Source: the human T2T-CHM13v2.0 reference genome, Homo sapiens. From it: a stretch of 64,000 bases of DNA. A program made the translations under genes and the position numbers. This document shows, piece by piece, positions 14,965 to 29,374 of the stretch. Where the stretch lies: assembly GCF_009914755.1 (NCBI RefSeq), contig NC_060945.1; one strand, given 5' to 3'. The notes under the pieces were generated by a model. The model was not told the DNA's origin and ran no database searches. It saw only the letters and a list, made by a program, of their open reading frames with translations. Each line of letters opens with the position of its first letter. Position 1 is the stretch's first letter.

Positions 14965-15750
14965 TGTCTTAATCTGCCCCTAGATGCCCTAATAAAATAC
15001 CACAGACTGCCACACTGTGTGCTTTAAACATCAGATTATTTTCTCAAAGTCCCGGAGAATGGAAAGTCTAAGATTAAAGTGCCAAACAACTTGATTTTTG
15101 ATGGGGGCTTTCCTTCTGGCTTGCAGATTGTAGTATTCCCCTGTGTCTTTACATGGAGGGAAAAAGACAAACAAACAAACAAACAAACAAACCAAAAAAC
15201 ACCAATCTCTGTGCTGTTTCATCTTATAAGGACACTAATTCCATTGTCTCAAAAGCCCACCTGTATTAGGCCGTTCTCATGCTGCTAATAAAGACATACC
15301 CGAGACTGGGTAATTTATACAGTGAAGTGGTTTAATGGACTCACAGTTCCACATGGCTAGGGAGGCCTCACAATCATGGCGGAAGATGACAGACGAATAA
15401 GGGACATCTTACATGGCGGCAGGCAAGAGGGCATTTGCAGGGGAGCTCCACTTTATAAAACCACTAGATCCGGTGAGACTTATTCACTGTCATGAGAACA
15501 GCATGGCAAAAACCCAGGATCATGATTCAGTTACCTCCCACAAGGTCCCTCCTTAGGCATGTGGGAATTATTACAATGCAAGGTGAGATTTGGGTGGAGA
15601 CACGGAGCCAAGCCATATTTAACAACTTATTTTGACCGTATTTAACATCAATTACTTTCTTACTCAAAATGCAGCCACACTGCATTTTAGGACTTTCGCA
15701 CATGAACTTTGGGGATGGAGGAGGGACACATACACACAGTCCCTAAAAAT
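14965..15750 (-). mobile_element. MLT1A-like MaLR LTR, split by a THE1 LTR
   Basis: aaaataccacagactg..cttataaggacactaattccat before 15262; catgaactttgggg..ggacaca after 15621. Confidence 0.75.
15262..15621 (-). mobile_element. THE1 (C/D-like) solo LTR
   Basis: tgtattaggccgttctcatgctgctaataaagacatacccgagactggg...gagatttgggtggagacacggagccaagccatat. Confidence 0.9.
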
Positions 15751-16129
15751 TATAAATTCCAGAAACAATATAATAATTTAAAGAATATATTTACGCAATA
15801 GTATTTTTATTACTTAGGTTTCCATTAATTTTCTCTATTGTTTATATTGCCATCATTTAGAAAATTGGAACATAGATTATCCTTATATTAAATTTCCCAA
15901 CTTCAAGTTTGTGTCTAATTTCTACACTCTCATTGTTGTGATGAAATTTTAATATAACTCTACTAAGGGCATTGATTTCACTAATCTTTTCCCCTTTTTA
16001 AATATACTTATGTATTAATAATGTTACAATCTATTTATAGGAGACATTATTAAAACACAGCCAAGAGAACTCAAAACCTAATGATCTGATTGATAAAACG
16101 TACGTATAAAGAACAGTAATCTAACCACC

Positions 16130-16350
16130 TGTGTTAGTCTGATAGGGCTGCCATAACAAAATACCATGGACTGGATAGCTTAAAAACAGAAATTGTTTTC
16201 TCACATTTCTTTAGGCCAGAAGTTGAAGATCAAGGTTTCAACAGGGTTGATGTCTCATGAGGACTCTCTTCTTGGCTTTCAGACATTTACCTTCTCACCG
16301 TGTCCCCACATGGCCTTTCCTCTGTGCACCTAGAAAGAGAGAGAGAGAGA
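16130..16350 (-). mobile_element. MLT1A/B LTR partial
   Basis: tgtgttagtctgatagggctgccataacaaaatacca...gatcaaggt. Confidence 0.8.
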
Positions 16351-17155
16351 GAACTCATTTATTGCTGGTGAGAATGCAAAATAATTGTCACTTTGGGAGA
16401 CAATCTGACAGTTTCTTATAAAACTAAGCATACTGTTAACATACAAGCCAGCAATCATGCTATTTGGTCTGTACCTAGAGGAGCTGAAAGCTTTTGTCTG
16501 CACAAAAGCCTACATGCTGATAATTATAGCTTTGTTCATAATCCCCACTACTTGGTTGAAGCAACCAAGATGTCCTTCAGTAGGCATATGAATAAACAAA
16601 CTGTGGTGCATCCTAACAATGGAATATTCTTCAGCACTAAAAGGAAATGAGCTATAAAGCCATGAAAAGACATAGAGTAATCTTAAGAGCACATAACAAA
16701 GTTAAGGAAGATAACCTGAAAAGGCTCCACACTATATGATTCCAACCACGTGACATCCTGGAAAAGTCAAAAACATAAAGACACTAAAAGGATCAGTAGT
16801 CACTAGGGTTTGGACTGGGAGAGAGGAAAGAGAGATGACCAGGCAGAGCACAGAAGATTTTTAGGGCACTAAAAATCCTCTATCTGATACATAATAATGG
16901 GTTCATGTCATTATATCTTTGTCCAACCCTATAAAATGTCTAACACCAAGAATGAACACAATGCAAATTCTGGGTGACAATGGTGTGTCAATGTAGGTTC
17001 ATCAGTTGAAACAAATATACCACTCTAGTGGGGGATATTGATCATGGTAGAGATTATGCATGTGCTGAGACAGGGGAAATATAGGAACTCCGTACTTTCC
17101 TCTCAATTTTGATGTGAACCTAAAACTGTTCCAAAAACAAAATCTTTTAAAAAAT
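16351..17155 (+). mobile_element. L1MC (L1MC1-like) 3' end
   Basis: gtgtcaatgtaggttcatcag..caaatataccactctagtgggggat..tgtgaacctaaaactg. Confidence 0.88.
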
Positions 17156-17877
17156 GTCAGAAGCACTGAGAATATAATTTGAGAATCATATTGTCTCTGA
17201 GTGTACGGTTCCTACTTAGAATTTTGCACTGTATTTGCTTTCTCCAGAGCTGCATCACTGATCATGGCTAGCTTGTTATTTACTATGACACATAGCTGTG
17301 TTTCTGTCACACTTGCACATATTGTATTTTTGCATTTTAAAATTATTTTCCTCTCTAGTTATATTTCCTTCATCTTATCTTTAATGCATCTTGTCCTGTG
17401 TGTCTTTCTATTCTTAGAGGTCATTTTAAATTGTTACCCTATCCTCTCAGTTTTAAGCCACATCCTTTTTTCCTCTTGCTGTTTAATGTTATCTGAAGTT
17501 AAGGTGCACAGTTGATATTCTACTACCTTGATTTCAGAGTTTTTTCAGGTAAATGATTCACAGCTTAACACTGACCACGCATTTCTAAAAAATAAATGTA
17601 ATTGATGCAGTAATCATTCTGGTTCACTTTAATTGATGACAGCATAGAACTTAAACTCATGTTTTTGTGTAAAGACTTCTAAATTTTTTCAATGGCTCCA
17701 CACTACTGAAGTAAGTCCAATTTACTTTTGTTCTCATATTTGCCATTGTCTATTATTTGATCCCAATGTGTTTTTTTCAACTTTACCTCTCACCATTTTT
17801 CTAGCCCATGAAGACTGGATGGTGAGAAGTTGATGGAGAAAGGAAATTAAAGTGGAATAGATGAAACCGAGGATTTC

Positions 17878-18535
17878 TTTCATTAATGCATGCATTCACA
17901 TATCCACTCAATATTTATTAATCATCTGCTATATGCTAGATATTTTGCAGGCCTTAGAGACAAAAGAATGTAATGACATGATTAAGTTATGTTTTGGATG
18001 GAAATTATTGGAAATGCAGTTGGTTTACACTGTAGAGAGAGTGACCAGAAATATCTAGCCTAGGGCATTACACATGAATAGAAGTTAGTTGGAAGGGGAC
18101 AGAGTTTAAGAGTGAGTCGAAAAAGGGAATGACATGAACAACAGTTTGGAGGAAAAAGAGAAAATGCCTCATCTTTAAAACTGAAAGAAAGTTTTAGTAT
18201 CTAGTAAAGAGTGCCATGAGATGGAATAGGAAAGGTCAGCTCATGAAATCCTTCATGAACTCAGTTAAGAATTCAGAATGTGGAACAAGAGCATCTACAT
18301 AAATGGTTGTGCCATATACTGTGATTAATAGCACAAAAAGAAAATCTTCTTTGGATGGCGATAATGTTTACTTTAGTTTGGTGGAGGGAAAATGAAGATG
18401 AAGTCATTGTTTCAACTGGAGATGCCAAGTAGTTTATGAACTATATGGGTCTGGTATTTGATCTAGATTAGAGATAAAGATTTGGGACTTACCATCAAGC
18501 TGCTAATAAAAGCCATGCTAGTGGAGGAGATGCCA
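17878..18535 (-). mobile_element. L2 fragments
   Basis: cattcac..caatatttattaatcatctgctatatgctaga; tagagataaagatttggga. Confidence 0.6.
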
Positions 18536-18665
18536 CAGTGAATGTGCTTGAATTTCTCATGTCGTATCGAAGTCTAGAGGTCAGCAGAACAAGACTGGAA
18601 ATTTCTGTCAGGGATCCAGGCCTCATGATACTTCTGTTTTTATTGCCCGTTAAATGTGGCCACTG

Positions 18666-18705
18666 CTTTGGACATTATGATGCACCATTGAGATCTCCAC
18701 TATTG

Positions 18706-18741
<36 letters not shown>

Positions 18742-19101
18742 CCTGGTTGTTGAACTATCAGCCCCTTAAGGGGTTGTTTCAGCTGCAAAGAGCTTCTTTT
18801 CCCATGGTCGCATGCCTTGCCAGGGTAACCCATAGCCAGTGAATAAGCAATACAAGAGTATAAAGCCATGACCACTTCAAACCACCATGAAACTGTTCTG
18901 AAGGGCAGCTCCAAATCCACAGATCTCCAGAGCCTGCGAGGGGTTATCATGGGCCTCCATCTCTGTTCGACTTCTTCCTCTGTCCAATCCTGTTTCTTTC
19001 CCCACATTCTACTGAGAATGATATAACAAGCCCTATTAATAAATATCCTGCATGCCAAACTCCATTTCAGCGTCTGCTCAGGGAAAACTCAACCTGTGAT
19101 T
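18666..19101 (+). mobile_element. LTR16-family (ERVL) solo LTR containing a T31 run
   Basis: cttcttcctctgtccaatcctg...aataaatatcctgcatgccaaactccatttcagcgtctgct..caacctgtga; 5' boundary approximate. Confidence 0.75.
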
Positions 19102-20108
19102 TCTGAAGTCCAAGATGGCTTCTCCAGCTGCTAAAATTAGGTCCAAATTCTAATCAATAAGAAGGAATAAAAAAGGGATAATAGCTGAACTCTTTCTTTC
19201 TACATTTCAGCAATTCCAGAGATTATATAGACATATAGCCTGGTGTCCAGAACTTAGTTTCAAGACTGCCGGTAGCTGAAAACTAGACTGAAAAAAAGTA
19301 ATTTTAATTTTGATTTACCATGTACCCAGATAGAATTGTCTCTATGATGTCTCTTTTCCTTTCTTCATTATGAGAAAATGTCTTAAGCCCTTGTCAGTCA
19401 TCTGAGTGATGTTTGTAAAGTCAAGCTGTGAATCGAAAAGGTGGGAAAAAAAATGAGGAGAGTATACCTTTGTATCAGTGGCTAAATACTGTTATTTTTC
19501 CAAAGAAAAATACGACAGTTTCTTATTCAGCTAAGAATTTCTGATATTGAGTCCAATGTTTGGTTTATTTTAAAAATAAGTTATTCAGCTGTATACAGAT
19601 GAGGTTTTACAAATTGCATTAATGACATATTTAATATACTTTTACTCACTCTTTACTATGTACCAGATGCTATCCTATGCATTACATTAGGTTCAAAAGC
19701 TTTGCCTGAGTGATTTTAGAACACATAGATTCACTTTGAACTCTTAGGTTTGCCATTGTTGAAAGGGAAATGATATTTCTCTCAGAACATTTATTGCTAT
19801 GCGTGATTATGTTTTATGCCTCAGCCATGCTCTATCCCATGAGGGACAAAAAAGCCAGTTGAAGAGATAACATGTAAATATATGAGTAGTTAATTAACAG
19901 ATGTCATCACGTAATAGCCCAATTTGCGACACATTTACACTGAGGTTTGTGTCTCTATAAGGAACTTATGAATGTCTAAATCTGCATACTTTTCATACAA
20001 AAATAAGCCCATATCAAAATATGCCCAGGTCTCTGATGCCAAAGGGTGTATTTTTCATTTGAACTCATTTGAACATATTCCACCTACTGAGACTGATTTG
20101 TGCTTTTA

Positions 20109-20385
20109 ACAAAACACTTAATTTTCTTCTACTGCTATCTAACAGATAACAGGAGACCAGCTTATCAATCCAAACTGTTAGGCTACATATACTTGCAATG
20201 AGATCAATCATCAACTGTATACATATTTATATAGAGAGAGACACACACACATAGACAGACACACACACAAAATACTTTTCATTTTCCTCTACTGCTATCT
20301 AACAGATACCAGCAGATCAGCTTATTAATCCAGACTGTTATGCCAGATATACTCGCAATGAGATCAATTACCAATTATATATATG
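20109..20385. repeat. Two-copy tandem duplication, period 160 bp
   Basis: 20121-20220 vs 20281-20380 align ungapped with 14 mismatches in 100. Confidence 0.92.
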
Positions 20386-20506
20386 TGTGTGGATAGATAG
20401 ATGTGGTTATATTTGGAGGGTTCATTATTCAGCCTACCATATTATGTAAGGCACATGATAATCTAATAATCTAAAAGTAATAGCATATCCTGGGAAAAGG
20501 TATTTC

Positions 20507-20822
20507 TTTTTTTTTTTTTTTTTTTGAGACGGAGTCTCCCTCTGTCACCCAGGCTGGAGTGCAGTGGCGAGATCTTGGCTCACTGCAAGCTCTGACTCCC
20601 AGGTTCAAGAGATTCTCCTGCCTCAGGCTCCTGAGTAGCTGAGACTACAGGCGCCTGCTACCACGCCCGGCTTATTTTTTTTTTTTTTTTTTTTTTGTAT
20701 TTTTAGTAGAGACAGGGTTTCACCGTGTTAGCCAGGATGGTCTCGATCTCCTGACCTCGTGATCCGCCCACTTAGGCCTCCCAAAGTGCTGGGATTACAG
20801 GCGTGAGCCACCGCGCCCGGCC
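20507..20822 (-). mobile_element. AluY-like Alu with expanded middle linker (T22)
   Basis: AluY diagnostics; T22 at 20675-20696; aggtattt on both flanks. Confidence 0.93.
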
Positions 20823-21297
20823 AGGCAGAGGTATTTGTTTACCAATATTCCAGGATCCTTTATTACTTTTTGCAAACATTACTCTCTTTGCATTTTTGAA
20901 GCACATGTTTTCTTGATGTTGACTTAACCTCCCAATATTCTGCTTTCATCTTTATATTTCTACTCTTTTGCCCATGGGCACACATTTGCTAGGTAGTGTC
21001 CTTGACATAAAAGTGCTGTAACCTGGAGATGCTCACATAGTTATCAGTTATGAGAGATTTGTAAGTAAAGGAAGTGACAATCCCTCAGGGTGGAAACCCA
21101 GCCTCTGTTTTTTTATATATTTATAGAAACATGTTTTTCTAAACATGCTCCTTTTAGTCTGCAAGTTTCAGTATGCTCCTTTCAGTTTGAAAGTTCTCAA
21201 CTATTAAGATTTTTCCTTGTAATTTCCTTTTTATACACTAGATAAAGGAAAAATTGCATACAATAGTAAGTTTTAGATTATTGTGTGCATTACATAA

Positions 21298-21789
21298 TGT
21301 AGTAGGTTGAAAAATGGAACCTCCAAATATAACCACATCCTAACCATGGAACCTGTGAGTGTTATCTTACATGGCATAAAAAGGGTTTGGAGATCTGATT
21401 AAATTAACAATCCTCAGATAAGGTGATTATTCTGAATTATCCAAATGGGCAGGTCTTAAATGCAATCACATGTACCCATATAAGAAAGAGATTTAACACA
21501 GGCTACAGAAGAAGAAAACCATATGAAGGAATCAGCAGGAAACAATCAGAGAGTGAAGCTATGCTGCTGACTGGAAGATGCAGGAAGGGCTCATGGGTCA
21601 GGGAATGCAACCCTACAAGCTGAAACAATTCTCCCTTAGTGCCTCCAGAGGTAGCATAGCCCTTGGTTTCATCCCAAGGAAACTGATTTTTCACTTCTAG
21701 CTTCCAGAAATGTAAGAAAACATATTTGTCATGTTTGAAGCCATAGAATCTGTGGAAATTTGTTATAACAGCTATTAGAAACTAATATA
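21298..21789 (+). mobile_element. MLT1D-like MaLR solo LTR
   Basis: tgtagtaggttgaaaaatgg..ggaacctgtgagtgttatcttacatggca...tttgttataacagctattagaaactaatata. Confidence 0.85.
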
Positions 21790-24700
21790 CTTGCTGTGTA
21801 ATAAATGAACACTGTAAATCCTTACAGGTCACAGAATATTCAGAGAATAAATTTTCATAATTTTGGTTTTAAGAAGTTCTTGTTGTTACCTTAGCTTTTC
21901 AGAGAGTACACAGTTAAATTCTGATAAACAAATTCTAGTATATACTCCAGACATCTCTACAGTACATGGAATAATTCTACATTGAAACACTAACTACAAT
22001 AATCATTATTGCAGAAGGACAATGCATCTGTGATTCTGGCACAAACAATTTAGGTACAATTTTCCCTCACATCATCCTTCTGATTGTTGTATATTATTTG
22101 CGTCTGAATGTTCTTAGAACTTCTTAGAAGATTCCATAAACATATGTTTTGTTAAAGCTCTACATTAAGTTTAGTTTGTATAGAAATGTAAAAAATTATA
22201 GACTTACATTTTCCTAGTACTTTTTATGTACTTTGCAATGCCTAAATAAATTAGATGCTGCTAGAAGCAAATTTTAGTTGCTTTTTCTCAGTTTTAAATG
22301 ATTTTCTTATTTTGTTTTCTGACAAAAGTTGTGTAGCCTATTTCGGACACTCCAGCATGTGGAAAATAGCTTCATAAGATAAAAATTAAAATAATTAAAA
22401 CCGTGTAATTAGAAAAATTAAATAAAATTTTTGAAAGTTAATTTGCAACACCTATAATTGCCAATGTGTGATAGAGTAACAGTAAGATTCCCTACAGCCA
22501 TTGAAACATTAATTGATGACAAATGATTCAGTGATTGACTTTATTGCCTTCTTGCAGCTCCAATGTAGATTATGGTAATTAATATTAAAAATCATTTCCT
22601 ATTTAACATTTTATGCTGACACAAATCCTTTATTGGTTCATTTGAGAGCTCTTTCTTAAATTATGCCATTGACTGCCTACTTAGCACAACAAGTAATGGA
22701 GCATCTAATAATTACGACAGTGAAACATGAAACTTATTTTAAAAATTTTTAATGATGGAAATGATTAAAAACCATAATCTTACTTTAGATAGCAAGCTGA
22801 CCAATAGATACCACAGTCTTTATTGAAATGTTTCTCTTGCTGATCCTCTGACACACTTCCTTGCATGGGCTATGCCATTTTTTTCAATATTTTCCTCCTG
22901 ATATGGTTTGACTGTGTCCACACCCAAATCTCAACTTGAAATATAACTCCCAGAATTCCAATTTGTTATGGGAGGGACCCAGAGGGAAGTAATTGAATCA
23001 TGGGGGGTTGGTCTTTCCCATCCTATTCTCATGATAGTGAATACGTCTCATGAGACCTGCTCAGTTTATCAGGGGTTTCTGCTTTTGCTCTTCATTTTCT
23101 CTTGCTGCCACCATGTAACAAGTGCCTTTCGCCTCGTGCCATTATTCTGAGGCCTCCTCAGCCACGTGGAACTGTAAGTCCAGTTAAAACTCTTTTTCTT
23201 CCCAGTCTTGGATATGTCTTTATCAGCAGTGTGAAGATGGACTAATACCGTAAACTGGAACCAGTAGAGTGGGGCATTGATGAAAAGATACCCAAAAATG
23301 TGGAAGTGACTTTGGAACTAGGTAACAGGCAGGAATTGGAGTAGCTTGAAGGGCTCAGAAGAAGACAGGAAAATGTGGGAAAGTTTGGAATTTCCTAGAG
23401 ACTTGTTGAATGGCTTCACCCAAAATGCTGAAAGTGATATGGACAATAAAATCCAGGCTGAGATGATCTCAGATGAAGGTGAGGAACTTGGGAACTGGAG
23501 CAAAGAGAGTGGTGACATTTTGCTCCTTCCCTAGAGACTTGTGGAATTTTGAACTTGAGAGAGATGATTTAGGGTATGTGGTGGAAGAAATTTCTAAGTA
23601 GCAAAGCATTCAAGAGGTGACTTGGGTGCTGTTAAAGGCATTCAGTTTAAAAAGGAAAGCAGAGCATGAAAGTTTGGAAAATTTGCAGCCTGACTATGTG
23701 ATAGAAAAGAAGAAACCCATTTTCGGGGGAGAAATTCAAGCCAACTGCAGAAATGTTCATAGGTAGCAAGAAGCCTAATGTTAATCTCCATGACCTTGGA
23801 GAAAATGTCCCCAAGACCACAGGGAAAATGTTCTCCATGTCAGAGACCTTCGCAGCAGCCCCTCCCATCACTAGCCCTGAGGCCCAGGAGAAAAAAGCAG
23901 TTTTGTGGGCCGGGCCCAGGGTCCTCGTGCTATGTGCAGCCTAGGAACTTGGTGCCCTAGGAACCTGTGTTCCAGGAACTTGGAACACAGCCTAGGAACT
24001 TGTGTCCCAGTTGTTCCAGCCATAGCTGTAAGGGACCAACATACAGCTCATGCTGTGGCTTCAGACAGTGGAAGCCCCAAGCCTTGGCAGCTTCCACGTG
24101 GTGTTGAGCCTGTGGGTGCACAGAAGTCAAGAATTGAGGTTTGGGAACCTCCCCCTAGATTTCAGAAGATGTATGGAAACACCTGGATGTGCAGGCAAAT
24201 TTTGCTTCAGGGGCAGGGCTGTCATGAAGAACCTCTGCTAGGGCAGTGCAGAAGGGAAATGTGGGGTTGGAGCCCCCACACGGAGTCCCTACTGGGGCAC
24301 TGCCTAGTGGAGCTGTGAGAAGAGGGCCATCATCCTCCAGAGCCCATAATGGTAGATCCACTGATAGCTTGCTTCAGGTGCCTGGGAAAGCCACAGACAC
24401 TCAACACCACCACATGAAAGCAGTCAGGAGGGAGGCTGTACCTTTCAAAGCCACAGAGGCTGAGCTGCCCAAGACCATGGGAACCCACCTCTTGCATCAG
24501 CGTGACCTGGATTTGAGACATGGAGTCAAAGGAGATCATTTTGGAACTTTAAAATTTGACTGCCCTGCTGGATTTTGGACTTCCATGGGCCCGTAAACAC
24601 TTTGTTTTGACCAATTTCTACCATTTGGAATGGCTGTATTTACTCAATACCTGTACCCCCATTGTATCTAGGAGGTAACTAGCTTGCTTTTGATTTTACA

Positions 24701-25162
24701 GGCTCATAAGCAGAAGGGACTTGCCTTGTCTCAGGTGAAACTCTGGACTGTGGACTTTTGGGTTTATGCTAAAATGAGTTAAGACTTTGTGGGACTGTTG
24801 GGATGGCATGATTGGTTTTCAAATGTGAGAACATGAGATTTGGAGGGGCCTGGGTGGAACAATATGGTTTGGCTGTGTCCCTACTGAAATCTCAAATTGA
24901 ATTGTGTCTCCCAGAATTACCATGTGTTGTGGGAGGGACCCAGGGTAAGTAATTGAATCATGGGGGCTGGTCTTCCCTGTGCTATTCTCGTGATAGTGAA
25001 TAAGTCTCACGAGATCTAATGGGTTTATCAGTGGTTTCCACTTTTACTTCTTCCTCATTTTCTCTTGCCACCACCATGTAAGAAGTGCCTTTCATATCCT
25101 GCCATGATTCTGAGGCCTCCCCAGACATGTGGAACTGTAAGTCCAATTAAAACTCTTTTTCT

Positions 25163-25806
<644 letters not shown>

Positions 25807-26299
25807 AAAACCCTTTTACTTCCCAGTCTCAGGTATGTCTTTATCAGCAGTGTGAAATGGACTAATACACCTCCATTCCTTATTTTAAAAAGATGAATTT
25901 ATCTCCTACCTCGCTGAAGTCCTTGAGCTTAAAATGTTTTAGATCCCTACCCTGTATTTCCTAATAAACCTTTCCTTATCCTAGTTCACTCCTGATCTCT
26001 CATATCAAGATGGGGATCTCTGCTCTCATCACATATGTCTCAGGGAAGACAATCCATTCAGCATCTTCTCCTCTACCTCTGTGCTTAAATTTCTATTAAA
26101 TTAATAGAAATTCATTAATTTAAATTTCTGTATTACTTCCTGTATTCCTGCCTCTAAATATGTTCTAGTTTGTCTTATCCTGAAAGTTTTCTTCTTTAGA
26201 TCCTTAAATTTATCTGTTTCTTTTCTTTCTCTGAAAACGTTTTGAAATGTAGACGTATCTTGCTTTCACTGGGTCATTATCTACTCACTTTTCAAACTC

Positions 26300-26604
<305 letters not shown>

Positions 26605-26919
26605 ATTACCCATGCTCTTAATCATGATTTGTGTTTCCTCTTGGCCAAATCCTGTGTTGGCCTATCTCACTTATAATAAGACGGGGACTGCTGTCCTCCA
26701 GAAAATGTTAACTAAAAGTACTGAATTCTTCATGGCATATGCTGAATACATGGGCTGATCATAGATACAATTCACATAAAGGTGAGCTACGGGACACTGT
26801 GGACTGGGCTGGCTAGAGAAAGCTTGCAAAAAGAGTGGGAACTGATAACGCTTGGGATTAGGAGTAAAAGTCATAAAGTAAGGGTGAGGGAAAGGATACG
26901 GGGTGGGGGGGGCATTCCA

Positions 26920-27420
26920 TTTGAGAACTTCAGAAAAGAGGTGACAAGGTAGGAATATAAAAGGAATATTTAGAGGTCAGCCTTGGAGGAGATAATGATT
27001 TTTATGCCTAGGAATAGTGGAAAATAAGTTTGGGAATGTAGTTGGGGCATAGATTTGGAAAAGTGCGAGAGTACACATTTGAATATGATATTGTAGAAAA
27101 CTGAAGACGGTTAAAAGGAGTGATGGCAAACAAGCAGGAATTTAGAAAAGTTAATGAGATGGGTTTTATTTATGCTTTTTGGGTAGGTCTACAGGGAGAG
27201 TCTAATGCTTGGGAATCGTTAAAGTGGTCATTACAACAGTCTAAATGTGGTGTTGGAAGCAGATATTTACCAGCAATATAGATGCTTTAGAAGAGAGTTC
27301 ACAGTTCTTGAGAAGCTACTGAAATTTGTGTCAAGGTAAAGTGAGGTTTTAAAAATAGCTTCTGGAATTAACCTAAATGAATGGAAGAATATGAGTCCTA
27401 CTGAAAGAAATGGGATTCTC
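26920..27420 (-). mobile_element. Degenerate L2
   Basis: Purine-rich antisense L2-like motifs; boundaries approximate. Confidence 0.4.
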
Positions 27421-29374
27421 TCTATATATTATAAAAATTTGACTGATGACTACAGTAGAAATTGTGCATCAGTTGAAGAAAGAAATAGCTAATGCTCATA
27501 GTAAGAACAGCAGCCAGTGGCTTTGCATATTTATCACCAGAGCTTCTGAAAATTATTTTTATTTTTCATTTCTTTTTTCTCCTTCTCCTTTCATCTCTTT
27601 CTTCTACTTTCCTTCCCTTCCCTCCTTTCTTTAATTTCCACTTTTCCTTCTTCTCTCCCTTTCTCCCTTCCTCAGTATTTTTAATTTGTGTTTAAAATAA
27701 ATATTTATTAAGCATTTATTCTGGGACTGTAGTTTTTCTATTTTATCTCTGGGTCAGTAACAAGCCTTGTAAATTAATTCAACACTGGGACTGGGTATTT
27801 GAGCTTTGGATCATGAAGTCAGCCTGTTCAGTCTGATAAACTACCACTTCGTTTACATAGATAATGAAAATATCAAGTCCATTACTAAGATAAATTAGAA
27901 ATGAATGTATGAATTATTGGGTGCAATAAATAAATCTGCATATTAAAGAAATCTATGGACCAAAATGTATTACAATCATATATCAAAAATAAAGCTTGTG
28001 TACATGGGTGCATGTGCATGTGGTTTTATCTTGTGACTGTGTGGGGACACAAAACCAATTATTGTCTTTTGAATCAATTTTCCCTGACAGTTTAGATTTA
28101 AGCTTGATGACATTTTGAACCTATTTCAGCCCATTTGGAATAAATTTATCAATTTCAACTCACATCTTCTTGATAAAACCAAATTTGTATCCCTATTTCT
28201 CCACTAATGCATGGACCATTATTGATGTTCCTTCTCTCCACTTTGCAGGATCTTAAAGTTTTTCCTTTTATGCTTCTTAAGATTTGATTACTAGCATTGT
28301 GAATACTGTATGTTTCTCCTCATCTTTCTCCAGGGTAAAGATCTGAACGTCTTTGTCAGTTCATACAAACTTTGAATATTGTTGCCAAGCACATGATAGA
28401 TATCAGAACTGGGTGTATTTCATGATCAGGTGAATTGAATTAGCTTATCAGATGAATGGTTACTTAATTTGTTTTGTGAAGGAAAGCTAACTGGGTTAGG
28501 TGACTTCCAACCAAAGGTGAATTTAAGGACACATGATTCAAGCCTTGAAATATTACAGAAAGTATGCCATGTTTAGAAATAAAACTGAATGATTTTTATT
28601 ATAAATACTAATATCATTTTTATGTTCTCTGTAGTTCACTTCCTGCCTTGCCAACGCCTTTAGGCTATTTTGCGTTCCCCATATGTGGGAATGGATATTT
28701 TTAGCATTAAGCAGAAAAGAGTCACAGATAACAGTGATTTCCAAGTCCCAGGGTGAGAAAGAAGCCAGGGATGATGCCCTTGGCCTTTCAATTGGCTTGA
28801 AAGTAGCAGCAAGAGCAGCAGAATCTGAATGAAGTCAGTAGACAGGAAAGGAGAATGCTTTAATGACAACCTGAAAGAATGAGTGACTGAAGACCAAATG
28901 GGATCAATAAAATCTCGGAAGATACTCAGATGGACAGATTACTTCAGGGCTAGGAGATTCCAACAACATCTCAGTACTAAGTAAGCACCCCAGTTTGAGT
29001 GAGTTCGGGTTGAAATGCATATCAAATTTCAAAAGAAAACAATAGGCTCATAAGGGTTGTATACCTTATTGCCATATTCTAACTGGGCTTTGACAGTGAA
29101 ATATTGAGTTACCACTTTTTAAAATGACCTGACATTGCAGTGTCTATAGTTTTTATTCAAATGACCTAATTTCCTTTTTATTCATTTACTAAGCATTTCT
29201 TATTTTCCCTTCTTTTGCAGTGTAGGTTATGTTAGTCGTAATATTTACTATAAAAATTGTATTATCTGGTAATGGTAATAGTAGTAATAGTAGATAATAG
29301 GGGTAATAGCAATTATAGAAATAGCAGCAATAGTGCCAAAGGTGGCAGAAAAACACCTAAAAATTTTGAACAGA

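Noticed and set aside
23318-24596. Dense overlapping ORFs (also 55369-57280)
   Set aside because: GC-richer THE1 internal/LTR sequence with few stop codons, not genes
28334-28429. 96-nt exon-like segment (polypyrimidine+CAG ... CAG|GTGAAT)
   Set aside because: Stop codons in all three frames and no transcript evidence; such splice-like pairs are common by chance
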